From: Eledone cirrhosa
Lineage: Eukaryota
DNA length: 64,000 bases
Assembly: GCA_964016885.1 (NCBI GenBank)
Contig: OZ024752.1
Coordinates: 40,610,001 to 40,674,000, forward strand
Direction of reading: 5' to 3'
Shown here: in pieces, positions 28,667 through 42,234 of the stretch
Numbering within the stretch: the first letter of the stretch is position 1
Layout of the letters: each line of letters starts with the position of its first letter
Made by a program: the position numbers and the translations under genes
Notes under the pieces: generated by a model
Databases searched by the model: none
Told to the model about the DNA's origin: nothing
The model's input: only the letters and a program-made list of their open reading frames with translations

Positions 28667-28834
28667 TATAGATAGGTAAATATACACGGGTGTGTATGAT
28701 TGTGTATAGAAGATTATATTAATAAGAGGAATTCCAACTTTGTCTGATTTACTCGTTTTATTTACAATCCTTTAAAATATATAATGGTATTATAATGAAA
28801 TAGTATGATAGAATATTAAATTCTAAGTGTTAAT

Positions 28835-28873
28835 TGAACAAGTACTTTCATGCTTTCGCAATCTTCAGGTTCA
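28835..28873 (-). ncRNA. Minimal type I hammerhead ribozyme motif (39 nt)
   Basis: Minus strand: TGAAC-CTGAAGA-t-TGC-gaaa-GCA-t-GAAA-GTAC-TT-GTTCA; intact core, GNRA-capped stem II, palindromic AGTACT stem III. Confidence 0.8.
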
Positions 28874-29154
28874 TAATATGTGGTGACAGTCAAGTTTGCA
28901 ATTTTCAACTGTAATGAGATGGGTAAATTTCCTACCTTTTATACATTTTATACAGAGAAAAGTGGCTCCAGAATGCTAAGCCCTGTAAACTGTATTTCGA
29001 CCAATCAGTGTGTAGTTTCACTGAATTACTAAAGCTGATTGGTTTAAGCGTCACGGCTGGTTGAGCATGCTAACGACCAATAATCATATCCAAAGCATCA
29101 ATTGTTTTGCTATTTTTAGAAATGATGAAAATAGCATTTTCTATTAATCATCAC

Positions 29155-29968
29155 CATATACACCCTTGATGGGGGAAGTTTACTATCTATATACACCTTT
29201 GATAGAAGGAGTCTACTATCTATATACACCTTTGATGGAGGAAGTCTACTATCTATATACACCTTTGATAGAAAGAGTCTACTATCTATATACACCTTTG
29301 ATGGAGGAAGTCTACTATCTATATACACCTTTGATGGAGGAAGTCTACTATCTATATACACCTTTGATAGAAGGAGTCTACTATCTATATACACCTTTGA
29401 TAGAGGAAGTCTACTATCTATATACACTCTTGATAGAAGAAGTCTACTGTCTATATACACCCTTGGTGGAGGAAGTCTACTATCTATATACACCTTTGAT
29501 GGAGGAAGTCTACTGTCTATATACACCTTTGATGGAGGAAGTCTACTGTCTATATACACCCTTGATAGAAGAAGTCTACTGTCTATATACACCCTTGGTG
29601 GAGGAAGTCTACTATCTATATACACCCTTGGTGGAGGAAGTCTACTATCTATATACACCCTTGATGGAGGAAGTCTACTATCTATATACACCTTTGATAG
29701 AGGAAGTCTACTATCTATATACACCTTTGATAGAAGAAGTATACTATCTATATACACCCTTGATAGAAGAAGTCTACTATCTATATACACCCTTGATAGA
29801 AGAAGTCTACTATCTATATACACCCTTGATAGAGGAAGTCTACTATCTATATACACCTTTGATAGAGGAAGTCTACTGTCTATATACACCTTTGATGGAG
29901 GAAGTCTACTATCTATATACACCTTTGATGGAGGAAGTCTACTGTCTATATACACCCTTGATAGAAGG
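29155..29968. repeat. 33-bp minisatellite, about 24 copies
   Basis: ATATACACCTTTGATGGAGGAAGTCTACTATCT; 11-aa ORF period. Confidence 0.95.
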
Positions 29969-30261
29969 AATATTGTTGTTTAGTCCCGTATGTATATATA
30001 CAATTGTGTGCAATGTATCGATTAACAACAATATGGGTCACTTTCAATATCGGCAATACTCAAACGTGAATTTTATCGATCGTTGAAATAAATTCCTTAA
30101 TACTACAAGTTTAAAACAAGAATATCCCCCCTGAATGTGACATTTCCTGACATAGTCACATGACCTGTGAGTTATAACCCGAGAGGAAAGGATATTACGT
30201 GTTATTTGTGCCGTTCCCAAGGATATTGGCAACATAAGGACAGTGGAATCGTTGGTTGACT

Positions 30262-30640
30262 GTAATAACTGTTTCTACTTTAGGCAAAAGGCCAGCAATT
30301 ACCCAGTGCATTACTGGTACTTTATTTTATCGACCTCGTAAGGATGAAAGGCAAAGTCAACCTCGGCGGGACTTGAACTCAGAATGGCAAGGGCCGTAAC
30401 TCTATGTGTCAAAGCATGGCGTCCGAACCTCTACCGATACTGCCAATAATAATAAATAACTGTTTCTACTTTAGGCACAAGGCCAGCAATTACCCAGTGC
30501 ATTACTGGTACTTTATTTTATCGACCTCGTAAGGATGAAAGGCAAAGTCAACCTCGGCGGGATCTGAACTCAGAATGACAAGGGCCGTAACTCTATGCTG
30601 GAAAGCATGGCGTCCGACCCTCCACCGATACTGCCAATCT
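30262..30640 (-). mobile_element. Tandemly duplicated Meta-domain SINE
   Basis: Two near-identical copies sharing the variant GACCTCGTAAG. Confidence 0.85.
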
Positions 30641-30959
30641 GTAATAACAATGAAAAGACGCCAACATTTAGAGAAATGTTTCCGTAGTCGCTCGACGTGC
30701 TAGAATTAGCAGCCGATTCTCCCTCGAAGCATAATCTACCGACTTAGTGAATAAATGGAGTTGCGACCGATAGATAGTATTAGCAATTGGAAAGACCAAC
30801 GGAAACATTGTTCCCTCGGTCCGATTTGACGAAAGTCGATCGTTCTTTTAGATGATATATGTCTCTCGGTGTACTATTACTATATAGGGGTGTGGAAAAT
30901 AAATAAATAAAAAAACATGGTTGGAAAAAGGATGACGATAATAGTTAAAACAATATCAT

Positions 30960-31560
30960 CACCAAACTCACAATGACCGCCACCACCGCCACCACCACTG
31001 CCACCGCCGCCGTCGCCAACATCACCACCACCACCACGACCACCACCACCACCATCATCATCACCACCAACATCACCACCACCACCACCAACAACAACAA
31101 CATCACCACCACCGCCGCCGCCGGCACCACCACCAACATCACCACCATCCACCACTCCCATCAACATATCCACCACCACCACCACCACCACCACCACCAC
31201 CACACCACCACCAACATCACCACCATCATCACCACACCACCATCACCACCACCAACATCACCACACCACCACCACCACCACCACCAACAGCAACATCACC
31301 ACACCACCACCACCACCACCACCACCACCACCAACATCACCATAACCACCACCACCACCACCACCAACAGCAACATCACCACCACCACCACCACCACCAA
31401 CATCACTCACCACCACCACCAACATCACTCACCACCACCACCACCACCACCACTACCACCACCATCACCACACCACCACCACCACCACCACCACCAACAT
31501 CACTCACCACCACCACCACCAACACCAACATCACCACACACCCACCAACACCACCACCAT
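30960..31560. repeat. (CAC/CAT/CAA)n low-complexity tract
   Basis: Directly visible. Confidence 0.9.
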
Positions 31561-31851
31561 ATATGTGTGCATGCGTGTGTACGAGTGTGCATATGTATGT
31601 GTGCATGTGTGTGTGTGTGTGTGTGTTTGTTTGAAAATAAATGAGATCATTGCATCTATTGTGAAGATAGTTATGTTACAGTAGAGCTTCATAAGCAGAC
31701 GACAGCAGACATAGGTTGTTGCCGTAAATCAAAGTAGAATAGCTAGAGTAATGGAGTCTGGAGCCGACAGACAGACGAATTCTCGTGTGTTCTCCTCCAA
31801 ACACAGATGTATGTACGTTTGTATGTATATCTATTCCAATATTTCTTACCC

Positions 31852-31895
<44 letters not shown>

Positions 31896-31920
31896 TCTCC
31901 TTCTCTCTCTCTCTATCTCT

Positions 31921-32115
31921 ATAGGAACGAGTAGGACCCCGACGGCTGAGCTCAAGCCGTTTCGACGGCTAATTCTAGTCCAGAATTAGCCGTCGAAACG
32001 GCTTGAGCTCAGCCGTCGGGGTCCTACTCGTTCCTATTACCCACTCTACTACCCTAAATATTGAGTACTTTGGTGCGTTATGGTCCACCTGGTTCCTTAC
32101 CACATTTCTTCCGTT
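31921..32115 (+). mobile_element. Fold-back family F1 copy
   Basis: About 55-bp perfect inverted arms. Confidence 0.8.
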
Positions 32116-32168
32116 ATATATATATATATATATGAGAATAAACGTGCTGCGGAGTTGCAAATGGGTTA

Positions 32169-32301
32169 CATATGAATAAAGTGGCCCTTCATCAGTGATC
32201 TTCCAACCAACATCGGTATTTCTTCGCTTTAAAGACCATAAAGCGAAGAAATACCGATGATGGTTGGAAGATCACTGATGAAGGACCACTTTATTCATAT
32301 A
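32169..32301. repeat. About 62-bp inverted repeat of another TA-associated fold-back family (relative at about 39185-39270)
   Basis: ATATGAATAAAGTGG...CTTCGCTTTA / TAAAGCGAAG...CCACTTTATTCATAT. Confidence 0.8.
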
Positions 32302-32679
32302 TATATATATATATTCATACATACATATACACACAAACATATATATATATATATATGTAGAAGTTCTATTTAAATTGTTGGGATACAACAAGCAAATATT
32401 TTTATAACTAATATAAAGCACTCAACAAATTATTGGAGTAAAAATACGATATATTAACAAATGGAAACTATATTTATAAAACCATATTTATTTCATTATA
32501 CATATTTTAAGGCCACCAAGTAAAATTATGGTGTGCTTTCATCAGATAAAATATAATATAAAGCAGTTTTATAAATAAATATTGACATACCCTTAAAGAA
32601 TGCGACCATTTCTATATATATATATAAACATATACCCCCCCTATATATATAATATATATATACATATGTATATATATAT

Positions 32680-32749
<70 letters not shown>

Positions 32750-33147
32750 AGACCGTAACTCTATGTTGAAAAACATGGCGTCCGACCCTCTACCGATACT
32801 GCCAAACCACCGCCCTGAACTTCTGAAATGGTGATTTCTTATATAGGCACAAGGGCAGCAATTTTTTTTTTTGGGGGGGGAGGGTATAGCCATTTAAATC
32901 AACCCCAGTGCGGTAGAGAGTCGGACGCCATGCTTTGCAGCAAAAAGTTACGGCTCTTTGCCTTTCATCCTTACGAGGTCGTTAAAATAAAGTACCAGTA
33001 ATGCACTGGGATAATTGTGGCCTTGTGCCAAACATAGAAACGATTATTAATACTCTGAAACAAGGTCCATTTGAGCTTATTTCTTGAGAAACATGGTCAT
33101 TATACATATTAGATATGTATTGATAGCTTAACATGGAATATAATCAC

Positions 33148-33529
33148 TCAGTCACAGTTGAAGAAACTCAACAAATAAATAAATTTGGAGTAATTATTGT
33201 TTCCACTTTAGGCACAAGGCCAGCAATTACCCAGTTCATTACTGGTACTTTATTTTATCGACCCCGTAAGGATGAAAGGCAAAGTCAATCCCGCCGAGGT
33301 TGACTTTGCCTTTCATCCTTACGGGGTCGATAAAATAAAGTACCAGTAATGTACTGGGTAATTGCTGGCCTTGTGCCAAAAAAGCAGGTTGACTTTGCCT
33401 TTCATCCTTACGGGGTCGATAAAATAAAGTACCAGTAATGCACTGGGTAATTGCTGGCCTTGTGCCTAAAGTAGAAACAATTATTACTCCAAATTTATAA
33501 ATTTGTTGAGTTTCTTCAACTGTGACTGA
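33148..33529. repeat. Inverted duplication of a SINE 3' half plus about 50 bp of flank
   Basis: TCAGTCACAGTTGAAGAAACTCAACAAAT at the left is complementary to the right end; three SINE tails inside. Confidence 0.85.
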
Positions 33530-33757
33530 TACTTCGGATCTCTTTCTAGCCGGTAAGACGTCCTGTCCTACTTATATCTGACCCTCAGTCTCACACCAGT
33601 CAACATCACGGGGCTATGTATATGTGTATATGTATATCATACATACACGTACATCTATATATATATATATATATATATTATAGATGTGTGTATGTGTTTG
33701 TTTATACGTGTGTATGCGAGTGTGTGTGTTTCAGTGTGTAAAACTGGTGTTACTAAT

Positions 33758-33852
<95 letters not shown>

Positions 33853-33980
33853 TGTATATATATATATATATACATACAGGTTGTCCCCCTCAAAATATAT
33901 ATACACTTTGATTACTTGTACAAACAATATTTATTAGAATGCTGTTGAAGTGTGTATACATTTTAGGGGAACACTCAGTG

Positions 33981-34088
<108 letters not shown>

Positions 34089-34636
34089 CATATATATATA
34101 TATGTATGCATATATATATATATATATATATATGTATATGTATACACATATATATATACATATATATATATATGTATTATATGTATATATATATGTATAT
34201 ATGTATATATATATGTATGCATATATATATATATATATATATGTATATGTATACACATATATATATACATATATATATATATGTATTATATGTATATATA
34301 TATGTATATATGTATATATATATGTATGCATATATATATATATATATATATATGTATATGTATACACATATATATATACATATATATATATATGTATTAT
34401 ATGTATATATATATGTATATATATATGTATATATATATATGTATATATACATATACATACATATATATATATGTATATATACATATACATACAGATATAT
34501 ATGTATATATATGTATATATACATATACATACATATATATATATGTATATATACATATACATACAGATATATATGTATATATATGTATATATACATATAC
34601 ATACATATATATATATGTATATATACATATACATAC

Positions 34637-34710
<74 letters not shown>

Positions 34711-34747
34711 GTATGTATATGTATATATACATATATATATATGTATG

Positions 34748-34793
<46 letters not shown>

Positions 34794-35138
34794 CATATAT
34801 ATATATACATACACATTAGTCACAATTGTGTTGCTGTAGAAACGAGTTAGTTTGAATTCATCGTTGTATTTTGAAATGTCGACTTGAGTAGAAGCTCTTG
34901 ACTTTTTTAGGCTTTCTGTCTCTTTATAGTGAAGGTAATGATACTGCCTGCTTGTTGTTGTTGTTGTTGTTGTCTGTGTGATGTTGGCAGAGAGAGAGAG
35001 AGAGAGAGAGTGTGTGAGAGAGAGAGAGAGAGGATTTCACTAAGTATGTTATTTCACTAAGAGTCGTTGTTGTTTTGCATGTTTATGTATGTGGGATGTT
35101 GGACGGGAGAGAAAAATAAATTCAAAATGCCTGTTGTC

Positions 35139-35173
<35 letters not shown>

Positions 35174-35176
<3 letters not shown>

Positions 35177-35363
35177 TGTTTCTACTTTTGGCACAAGGCC
35201 AGCAAATACCCAGTGTATTACTGGTACTTTATTTTATCGACCCCATAAGGATGAAAGGAAAAGTTAACCTCGGCGGGATTTGAACTCAGAATGGCAAGGG
35301 CCGTAACTCTATGCGTCAAAGCATGGCGTCCGACCCTCTACCGATACTGCCAATCCACCGCCT
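35174..35363 (-). mobile_element. Meta-domain SINE in (AAT)n (further copies 36054-36243, 36479-36665)
   Basis: Consensus match; (AAT)n on both sides. Confidence 0.85.
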
Positions 35364-35392
35364 TAATAATAATAATAATAATAATAATAATA

Positions 35393-35680
35393 TACCAGGA
35401 CTTAAAGTGGGAGGTAAAAAGGATTTGGAACTGCCATGAAGTCAAAGTGATCCCGATTGTCATAGGCGCACTAGGGACTATCTCAAAAAGTTTCCAGGGA
35501 TGGTTAAAGAAAAATTGGCCCCTTCACGCTTTTTGGAACGCTTCAAAAGGCATGCTTGCTGGGAACAGCAAGAACCCTCCGATACGTCCTGAATATCTGA
35601 GGCTGCAGGTAGTGGCTTGATATTCATTTCAACAAACTTTCCTGTTAACTAACATCAATGACTGAGACTCAAAGAGTAAT
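35393..35680 (+). pseudogene. 3' fragment of an R4/Dong-type non-LTR retrotransposon (restriction-like endonuclease C-terminus)
   Basis: YQDLKWEVKRIW..VKVIPIVIGALGT, then after a +1 frameshift IGPFTLFGTLQKACLLGTARTLRYVLNI* (stop 35598-35600); flanked by (TAA)n, the known Dong target. Confidence 0.85.
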
Positions 35681-35692
35681 AACAATAATAAA

Positions 35693-35724
<32 letters not shown>

Positions 35725-35727
35725 TGG

Positions 35728-36031
35728 TTTCTTTATTGGCCACAAGGGTTAACATGAAGAAAAACATTACAGACGGCACAGAACGATACAGGATGATACA
35801 AAGTGGGTTTTGGCCGTGTAAAAAATGTTATAAAAAAAGACAGAAACGTGTAAAATAAATTAAAATTCAAACAACAAAAATTCCCCCAATAAGGAGGAAG
35901 CTTCCGAGGGTCACTCATGGCGAAAACCACACAAAAGACCACGGTCACCCTGACCACCAGGGCAAGCGCCCTCGCTCAGTTTTCTCACTCCTCAGTCTAC
36001 ATGCGCACACTCGAAGCAGATTCGCCACTTT
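35728..36031 (-). mobile_element. 3' end of a Tx1-like LINE sibling inserted in (ATT)n
   Basis: Minus strand starts AAAGTGGCGA (cf. 45872) and ends CCCTTGTGGCCAATAAAGAAA followed by (ATT)n, like the ends at 45090-46420. Confidence 0.65.
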
Positions 36032-38064
36032 AATAATAATAATAATAATAATAATTGTTTCTACTTTTGGCACAAGGCCAGCAATTTCCCAGTGTATTAC
36101 TGGTACTTTATTTTATCGACCCCGTAAGGATGAAAGGCAAAGTTAACCTCGGCGGGATTTGAACTCAGAATGGCAAGGGCCGTAACTCTATGCGTCAAAG
36201 CATGGCGTCCGACCCTCTACCGATACTGCCAATTCACCGCCTTTAATAATAATAATAATAGTGTTGTTCTCGTTGTTGTTATTGTTGATGTTGTGGCTTG
36301 TGTTGTATTGTTGTTGTTGTGGCTGTTGCTGTTGTATTTATGATGTTGGAGGAGAGAAAAGATTTCAATATATACGTTAGTTATAACAATGTTGTTGTTC
36401 TGCCTGTTGTTGTTGTTCTGGTTGTTGTATGTGTGATGTTCGAGGAGAGAGATCTCAATATGTATGTTAGTTATAATAGTTGTTTCTACTTTTGGCACAA
36501 GGCCAGCAATTACCCAGTACATTACTGGTACTTTATTTTATGGACCCCGTAAGGGTGAAAGGCAAAGTTAACCTCGGCGGGATTTGAACTCAGACCGTAA
36601 AGGAACGTAATTATGCTGGAAAGCATGGCGTCCGACTCTCTACCGATACTGCCAATCCACCACCACTATGTCAGTTATAATAATGTTGTGATTTTGTAGG
36701 TGAGTGATTGTATATATACAGATATGGTGGATTCTGCCAAACCACCTTCACACCACTAGACGATTTCCAGAGGAACTACTAACAGATAATTAGTTTAAGA
36801 TTAGATTTAACCAGCAAGGATACTCATTTCGACAGAGGAATCCCCAACATCAAATAGAGTATTCTGGATAGGGCAGCCCCATACCACCCAGGGGACTGCA
36901 ACTTTAACTTTTGTTTAACTTTACATATGTCGAACTTAGAGTCACTGAGAATCCAACACAGGCAGTAAATTTGAACACAACGTACAGAAATTTCGCTTTA
37001 ATACTTTGAATGCCATGTCCATTCTGTCACTCTTGTGTCTCTATTGAAAGTATGTTACAACAGCTGAGCATATATTTCTTGTGACGACTAGATGGCTCAT
37101 TATTTCATAGTAAGTCTTGAGTGAGGATGGTTTTAACAAGTTCTAAAACTAAATCATACGCTTTCAGGAACGAAAAGCGAAAAGACAATATCAGTTGACT
37201 TTGAAATACCTGCCTGTTTCTGGTATGCTATAGCAGGAAGGTGGAACATCCTCGTAGAAATTCTTGTTTGTTCAGCTGGCGTCGGCTGTTGCAAGTGAAG
37301 GACTCTTACATATTCCTCTATAATTGATTTGTGAAGTTTGAAGAGGAATGATAGAGAGTTTGGACGACTGTAAAAGGATAGTGAATAAGTAAGGGGAGGG
37401 AGGGCGGGATAGGATGGGTCAGGGCAGGGATAGATATAAGAGTGGGGGGCAGTGGAGGTTTGTTTGAGTGGTGTCGGCTTTGGAAGGAGGGGAAGTTTAG
37501 ATAAGGGGGAAGAATAATAATAAAGGAATAAAGGGTAGGATGGAGCATTGGAGAGAGGAATAATATATAAGAGAGGAATAGAGATGAATGAAGAGAGTGA
37601 GAGAGAGTGAGATATAGATAGATAGATAGATAGATGGATAGAGAGAGAGCGAGGGGGGGGGGATAGAGGGAGAGAGAGGAAAATAATTAAAGCGGAGCAG
37701 TAGTGAATAGATGAAATAAAAGGACGGAATAAAAGAGGGGGTGAGATGAGGAGAGATGAAAAGAAAAGAATGAGGGGAAATAATAGATATTGGATGTTGG
37801 AATATATTGATGAGAATATGAAAAGAGAGAGGGGAGGGAGATAGAGAGGGGGTAATAGAGAGGGGTAATAGAGGGGTAGATAGAGGGGAGAGAGAGGGGA
37901 GAGAGAGGAGGAGAGAGGGAGGGAGGGTGATGTTGGAATATGTTGATGAGAATATGAAAAGAGAGAAATGTAGAGAATAGTAGAGAGAGATGAGGGTGGG
38001 GTGATAGAGGCGAGGAATATAGGGGGGAGGAGAAGGGGAAGAGAGAGAGAGGGTAGATAGAGAG

Positions 38065-38100
<36 letters not shown>

Positions 38101-38255
38101 GGTGGTGGTGAGAGAAGGGAGTGTGTAGAAAGAGAAGGATGAGAGAAAAGAACGAGATGAGATGAGGATGGTTAAATTTGAAGCGGAAAAGCGAAAAGGG
38201 AAATATAAGTAGAATAAAGAGAGAAGTGAATAGGTTATAGAAATTTAGAGGAATA

Positions 38256-38286
<31 letters not shown>

Positions 38287-38329
38287 GCGGCGATGAATTA
38301 GTTTTGCGAGGTTTTTATATGAAATCGTG

Positions 38330-38730
38330 TGTCGAAACAAATATTGTTATACTTGGGAGGGTCATATTTGTGTAATATTGCCAGAATTAATAACAGAACA
38401 CACTCACAAACAGATAAATAAATAAATATATAGACAGACTGAATAAAAATGGCGTAGACATACAATACAACAGGAGGAAAATATAACACCACTGACGATG
38501 TTGCAGATGTGCAACGAAAGATTTATGATAAACTATATATATGTGTTTGTGTCTATATTGTATCTGTATTATTTTTGACCGTCGGTCAGTCAATGGCAAC
38601 ATTGAGGACCGAGTAAGTTAGATTACCGATATAAAAGACACAGAAGCGAGAAGCGAAAACCAACCAAACAGTGAGTGTGTTCTGTTATTAATTCTGGCAA
38701 TATTACACAAATATGACCCTCCCCAAGTAT

Positions 38731-38738
<8 letters not shown>
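38330..38738. mobile_element. Fold-back element with about 70-bp inverted arms (relative at about 28340-28390)
   Basis: ATATTGTTATACTTGGG..CACACTCAC is complementary to 38671-38738; preceded by a GAAACAAATATTGTT half-hammerhead. Confidence 0.65.
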
Positions 38739-38767
<29 letters not shown>

Positions 38768-38885
38768 TAAGTATAGTAATAATAATAAATTTGAAGACTA
38801 AAATCCAAAGAGGGCTCGATAAGGATAAATATATATCAAATATATAAGAACCGTAGAGCAAATATTTATTAAAATAACAGATTAA

Positions 38886-38936
38886 AGTTTAAGCAAAGAA
38901 TCGCTGCTTTCGCCCTTAACGGGATCTTCTGAAACT
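38886..38936 (-). ncRNA. Type I hammerhead-like motif (U4-to-A variant)
   Basis: Minus strand: AGTTT-CAGAAGA-t-CCC-gttaa-GGG-c-GAAA-GCA..TGC-TT-AAACT; inverted copy of its tail at 39086-39117. Confidence 0.65.
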
Positions 38937-39280
38937 AACAAAGTCAATCTGTAAACGCAGAAGTGGATATTTCAAAAAAACGTTGCAACCGGAGGAAGAC
39001 AGGAAGACGATACTTTTGTTCGTGGAAAAGTTCGCTGGCAAAGAACGGGAAAAAACGAATAAGATACGTCATTAATAGGAGCGGTCTTAAACTTTAATCT
39101 GTTATTTTAATAAATATAAGTAAGTATATATATAAGTAAGTATAAGTATATATATATATAAGTAAGTATATATATATATATATATGATCTTCCAGCCCTC
39201 ATTGGTATTTCTTCGCATTAATTTTATTCATATGTATCCCATTTGCAAGAACGCAGCACGCCATTTTCCATTTATATATA

Positions 39281-39329
<49 letters not shown>

Positions 39330-39344
39330 GTTAGCGAAAGTCAC

Positions 39345-39688
39345 ATAAAATAAAGTACCAGTTATGCACTGGGATAATTGCTGGCCTTGTGCCAAAAGAA
39401 GAAATAATTACTCTATGTACACCTTTGATGAGTTGTAGTGCACCCGAGCACTGAACACTTTGCTTTTCATCCTTACTTGGTCGATAAAATAAAGTACCAG
39501 TTATGCACTGGGATAATTGCTGGCCTTGTGTCAAAAGAAGAAATAATTATTCTATGTACACCTTTGATGAGTTGTAGTGCACCTGAGCACTGAACACTTT
39601 GCTTTTCATCCTTACTTGGTCGATAAAATAAAGTACCAGTAATGCACTGGGATAATTGCTGGCCTTGTGCCAAAAGAAGAAACAATTA
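39345..39688 (+). repeat. 139-bp tandem duplication (SINE tail plus unique flank), about 2.5 copies
   Basis: TAAAGTACCA recurs at 39351, 39490 and 39629. Confidence 0.9.
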
Positions 39689-39899
39689 TCTTCAAGCAGA
39701 AAGAGGTTGCAGAGACAATGGACGAACAACTGTCTTCAGAATCCTAACAACTGCTACAGAGAAATATGTCCTGTGTCATCATTGGCATGGTTTCTTCACA
39801 AATATCTTTGTAACACTATAAACTTTGGCGCAGTATCTCTCATAATTGTGACGTACATGACATGGGAGAAAGTTAGCGACATTCCGACTATTTTTGTTG

Positions 39900-40505
39900 T
39901 TGCTGTAGTAGTAGTACTAGTAGTAGTAGTAGCTGTAGTAGTAGTAGTAGTAGTAGTAGTAGTCGCTGTAGTAGTAGTAGTAGCAGTAGTAGTAGTAGTA
40001 GTAGCTGTAGTAGTAGTAGCAGTAGTAGTAGTAGTAGTAGTAGTAGTCGCAGTAATAGTAGTAGTAGTAGTAGCAGTAGTCGCTGTAGTAGTAGTAGTAG
40101 CAGTAGTAGTAGTAGCAGTAGTAGTAGTAGTAGTAGTAGTAGTCGCTGTAGTAGTAGTAGTAGTCGCTGTAGTAGTAGTCGCTGTAGTAGTAGCAGTAGT
40201 AGTAGTAGTAGTAGTAGTCGCTGTAGTAGTAGTCGCTGTAGTAGTAGTAGTAGCAGTAGTAGTAGTGGTAGCGGTGGTAGTAGTAGTAGTAGTAGTCGCT
40301 GTAGTAGTAGTAGTAGTAGTCGCAGTAGTAGTAGTAGTAGTAGTAGTAGTAGCTGTAGTAGTAGTAGTAGGTAGTAGTAGCTGTAGTAGTAGTAGTAGTA
40401 GTAGCAGTAGTAGTAGCTGTAGTAGTAGTAGTAGTAGTAGTAGCTGTAGTAGTAGTAGTGGTAGTGGCTGTAGTAGTAGTAGAAGTAGTAGTAGTAGTAG
40501 TAGTT
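39900..40505. repeat. (GTA)n microsatellite
   Basis: Directly visible. Confidence 0.95.
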
Positions 40506-40605
40506 GTATATATTTCATGCTTACTATTGCTCCTAGTAGTTAGTTGACTTCTACATATGGAATCACGCGAAATGAAATCACACCTAACTCAATTGTTTGA
40601 AAATA

Positions 40606-41080
40606 CGAGGTTCAGCCGAAACGCTCATAGGCTGACCAAGATACTCTCATGGAATGACCAAATGAGGTTTATTTTTCAACATAGTCCTTGGAAAGAAACA
40701 ATGCAGTTATTAATAAGCAGAGTTGAAATTAATGTATGCAAGATTTCACAGCCCTAGCATCACTCCTTCATAGGCTGACCAAGATACTCTCACGGGATGA
40801 CCAAATGTGTTTTATTTCCCAACATAGTCCTTGGAAAGAAACAATGCAGTTATTAATAAGCAGAGTTGAAATTAATGTATGCAAGATTTCACAGCCCTAG
40901 CATCACTCCTTCATAGGCTGACCAAGATACTCTCACGGAATGACCAAATGTGTTTTATTTCCCAACATAGTCCTTGGAAAGAAACAATGCAGTTATTAAT
41001 AAGCAGAGTTGAAATTAATGTATGCAAGATTTCACAGCTCTAGCATCACTCCTTCATAGGCTGACCAAGATACTCTCATA
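40606..41080. mobile_element. Mariner-type MITE expanded into a 143-bp tandem trimer
   Basis: CATAGGCTGACCAAG at 40626, 40769, 40912 and 41055. Confidence 0.8.
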
Positions 41081-41375
41081 CAAGATTTCACGACCATGAT
41101 GCTCATGCTTAAGTATCAAGCGATGGCATTACTCGAAATCGAGATGCAGTCATCATTATGTATGTATGTATGTATGTATGTATGTATGTATGTATGTATG
41201 TATGTATGTATGTATGTATGTACGTATGTATAAATGTATGTATGTATGTATGTATGTATATACGTATGTATAAATGTATGTATGTATGTATGTATGTATG
41301 TATGTATGTATGTACGTATGTATAAATGAATGTATGTATATATGTATGTATGAAGGTATGTATATATGTATGTAA

Positions 41376-41955
41376 CATGTATCCCGGTAAAACCTGTCTC
41401 ATGGTCGGGTCGTTGGCGACTAAACTGGCAACCCCACCAAGGTGTCTTGGTGAGGAGGGTGACTTTGGACATCCTGCAGGACTAAAAACAAAACCTGTCA
41501 AAGGGCAAAGGAGCTCTTAAGAGTCAATGGCCATCCAAAATCACCGGGAGAGATGACCCTTTAGACTTTGTCAAGGCACAATTCTAGGAGAAGGAAAACG
41601 CTGATATAACAACTGCAACCCTGATGGTATCCAATGATGTTGACTTGTTATTCTTTTTGGTAAATATCATCTTGGTTAAGAGATTGGGACTGGCTTTGTG
41701 CAGTGCCTTTGCTCACTATAAAAGCTTCACGGCACAGGCATTGCTTTATATCTGGAGATCTCTCTGCACTTGTCGTCACATGGTGCCATGGGCCCAGCAC
41801 TATGTGTCAATAATTGTCACAAGTGTAGTGTTTGTACCAGAGTTTTCAAGTCGCTGGCTGGACTAAAAAGTCACACTCGTTCAGCGCATCGGTAGGGGTT
41901 CTCCTACATGGATATAAAGTAGTGGCCGTACTCGAAAACGAGTTGGCAGCCACCA
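41376..41955 (+). mobile_element. Bipartite RTE-derived non-autonomous retroelement
   Basis: RTE 5'UTR-like CTAGGAGAAGGAAAACGCTGA joined to a 3' end encoding CSVCTRVFKSLAGLKSHTRSAHR* (C2H2); terminal hairpin ACTCG-AAAA-CGAGT; (TATG)n context. Confidence 0.7.
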
Positions 41956-42234
41956 TATATGTATGCACGTATGTATGAAGTAATTACTTACATATCTATG
42001 TTATCTCTTTCTCTTAATTTCGAGTATATTTTTTTGACCGACCACCTTCCTGGTGGCAAGGTTGTAAAAGAAAAGAAATTGTCATCCCTTGAATCGCAAG
42101 AATGTTTTGCAAATTTTGAAGGTACCAGCTATCGCAACCATTTGTAGACTATGAATTAGGGACCTGCGCTCTTTGTATGTATGTATGTATGTATGTATGT
42201 ATGTATGTATGTATGTATGTATGTATGTATGTAT

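Noticed and set aside
29155-29968. 33-bp repeats as a CRISPR array or repeat protein
   Set aside because: Contiguous units with no unique spacers, no cas genes, and a eukaryotic context.
31682-31814. Possible first coding exon (ATG 31751, MESGADRQTNSRVFSSKHR, GTATGT donor)
   Set aside because: The donor lies in TATG-like repeat, there is no homology, and joining to the downstream candidate exons creates immediate stops.
32260-32300. CTGATGAAGG in the 32169-32301 palindrome as a hammerhead
   Set aside because: No downstream GAAA/NUH on either arm.
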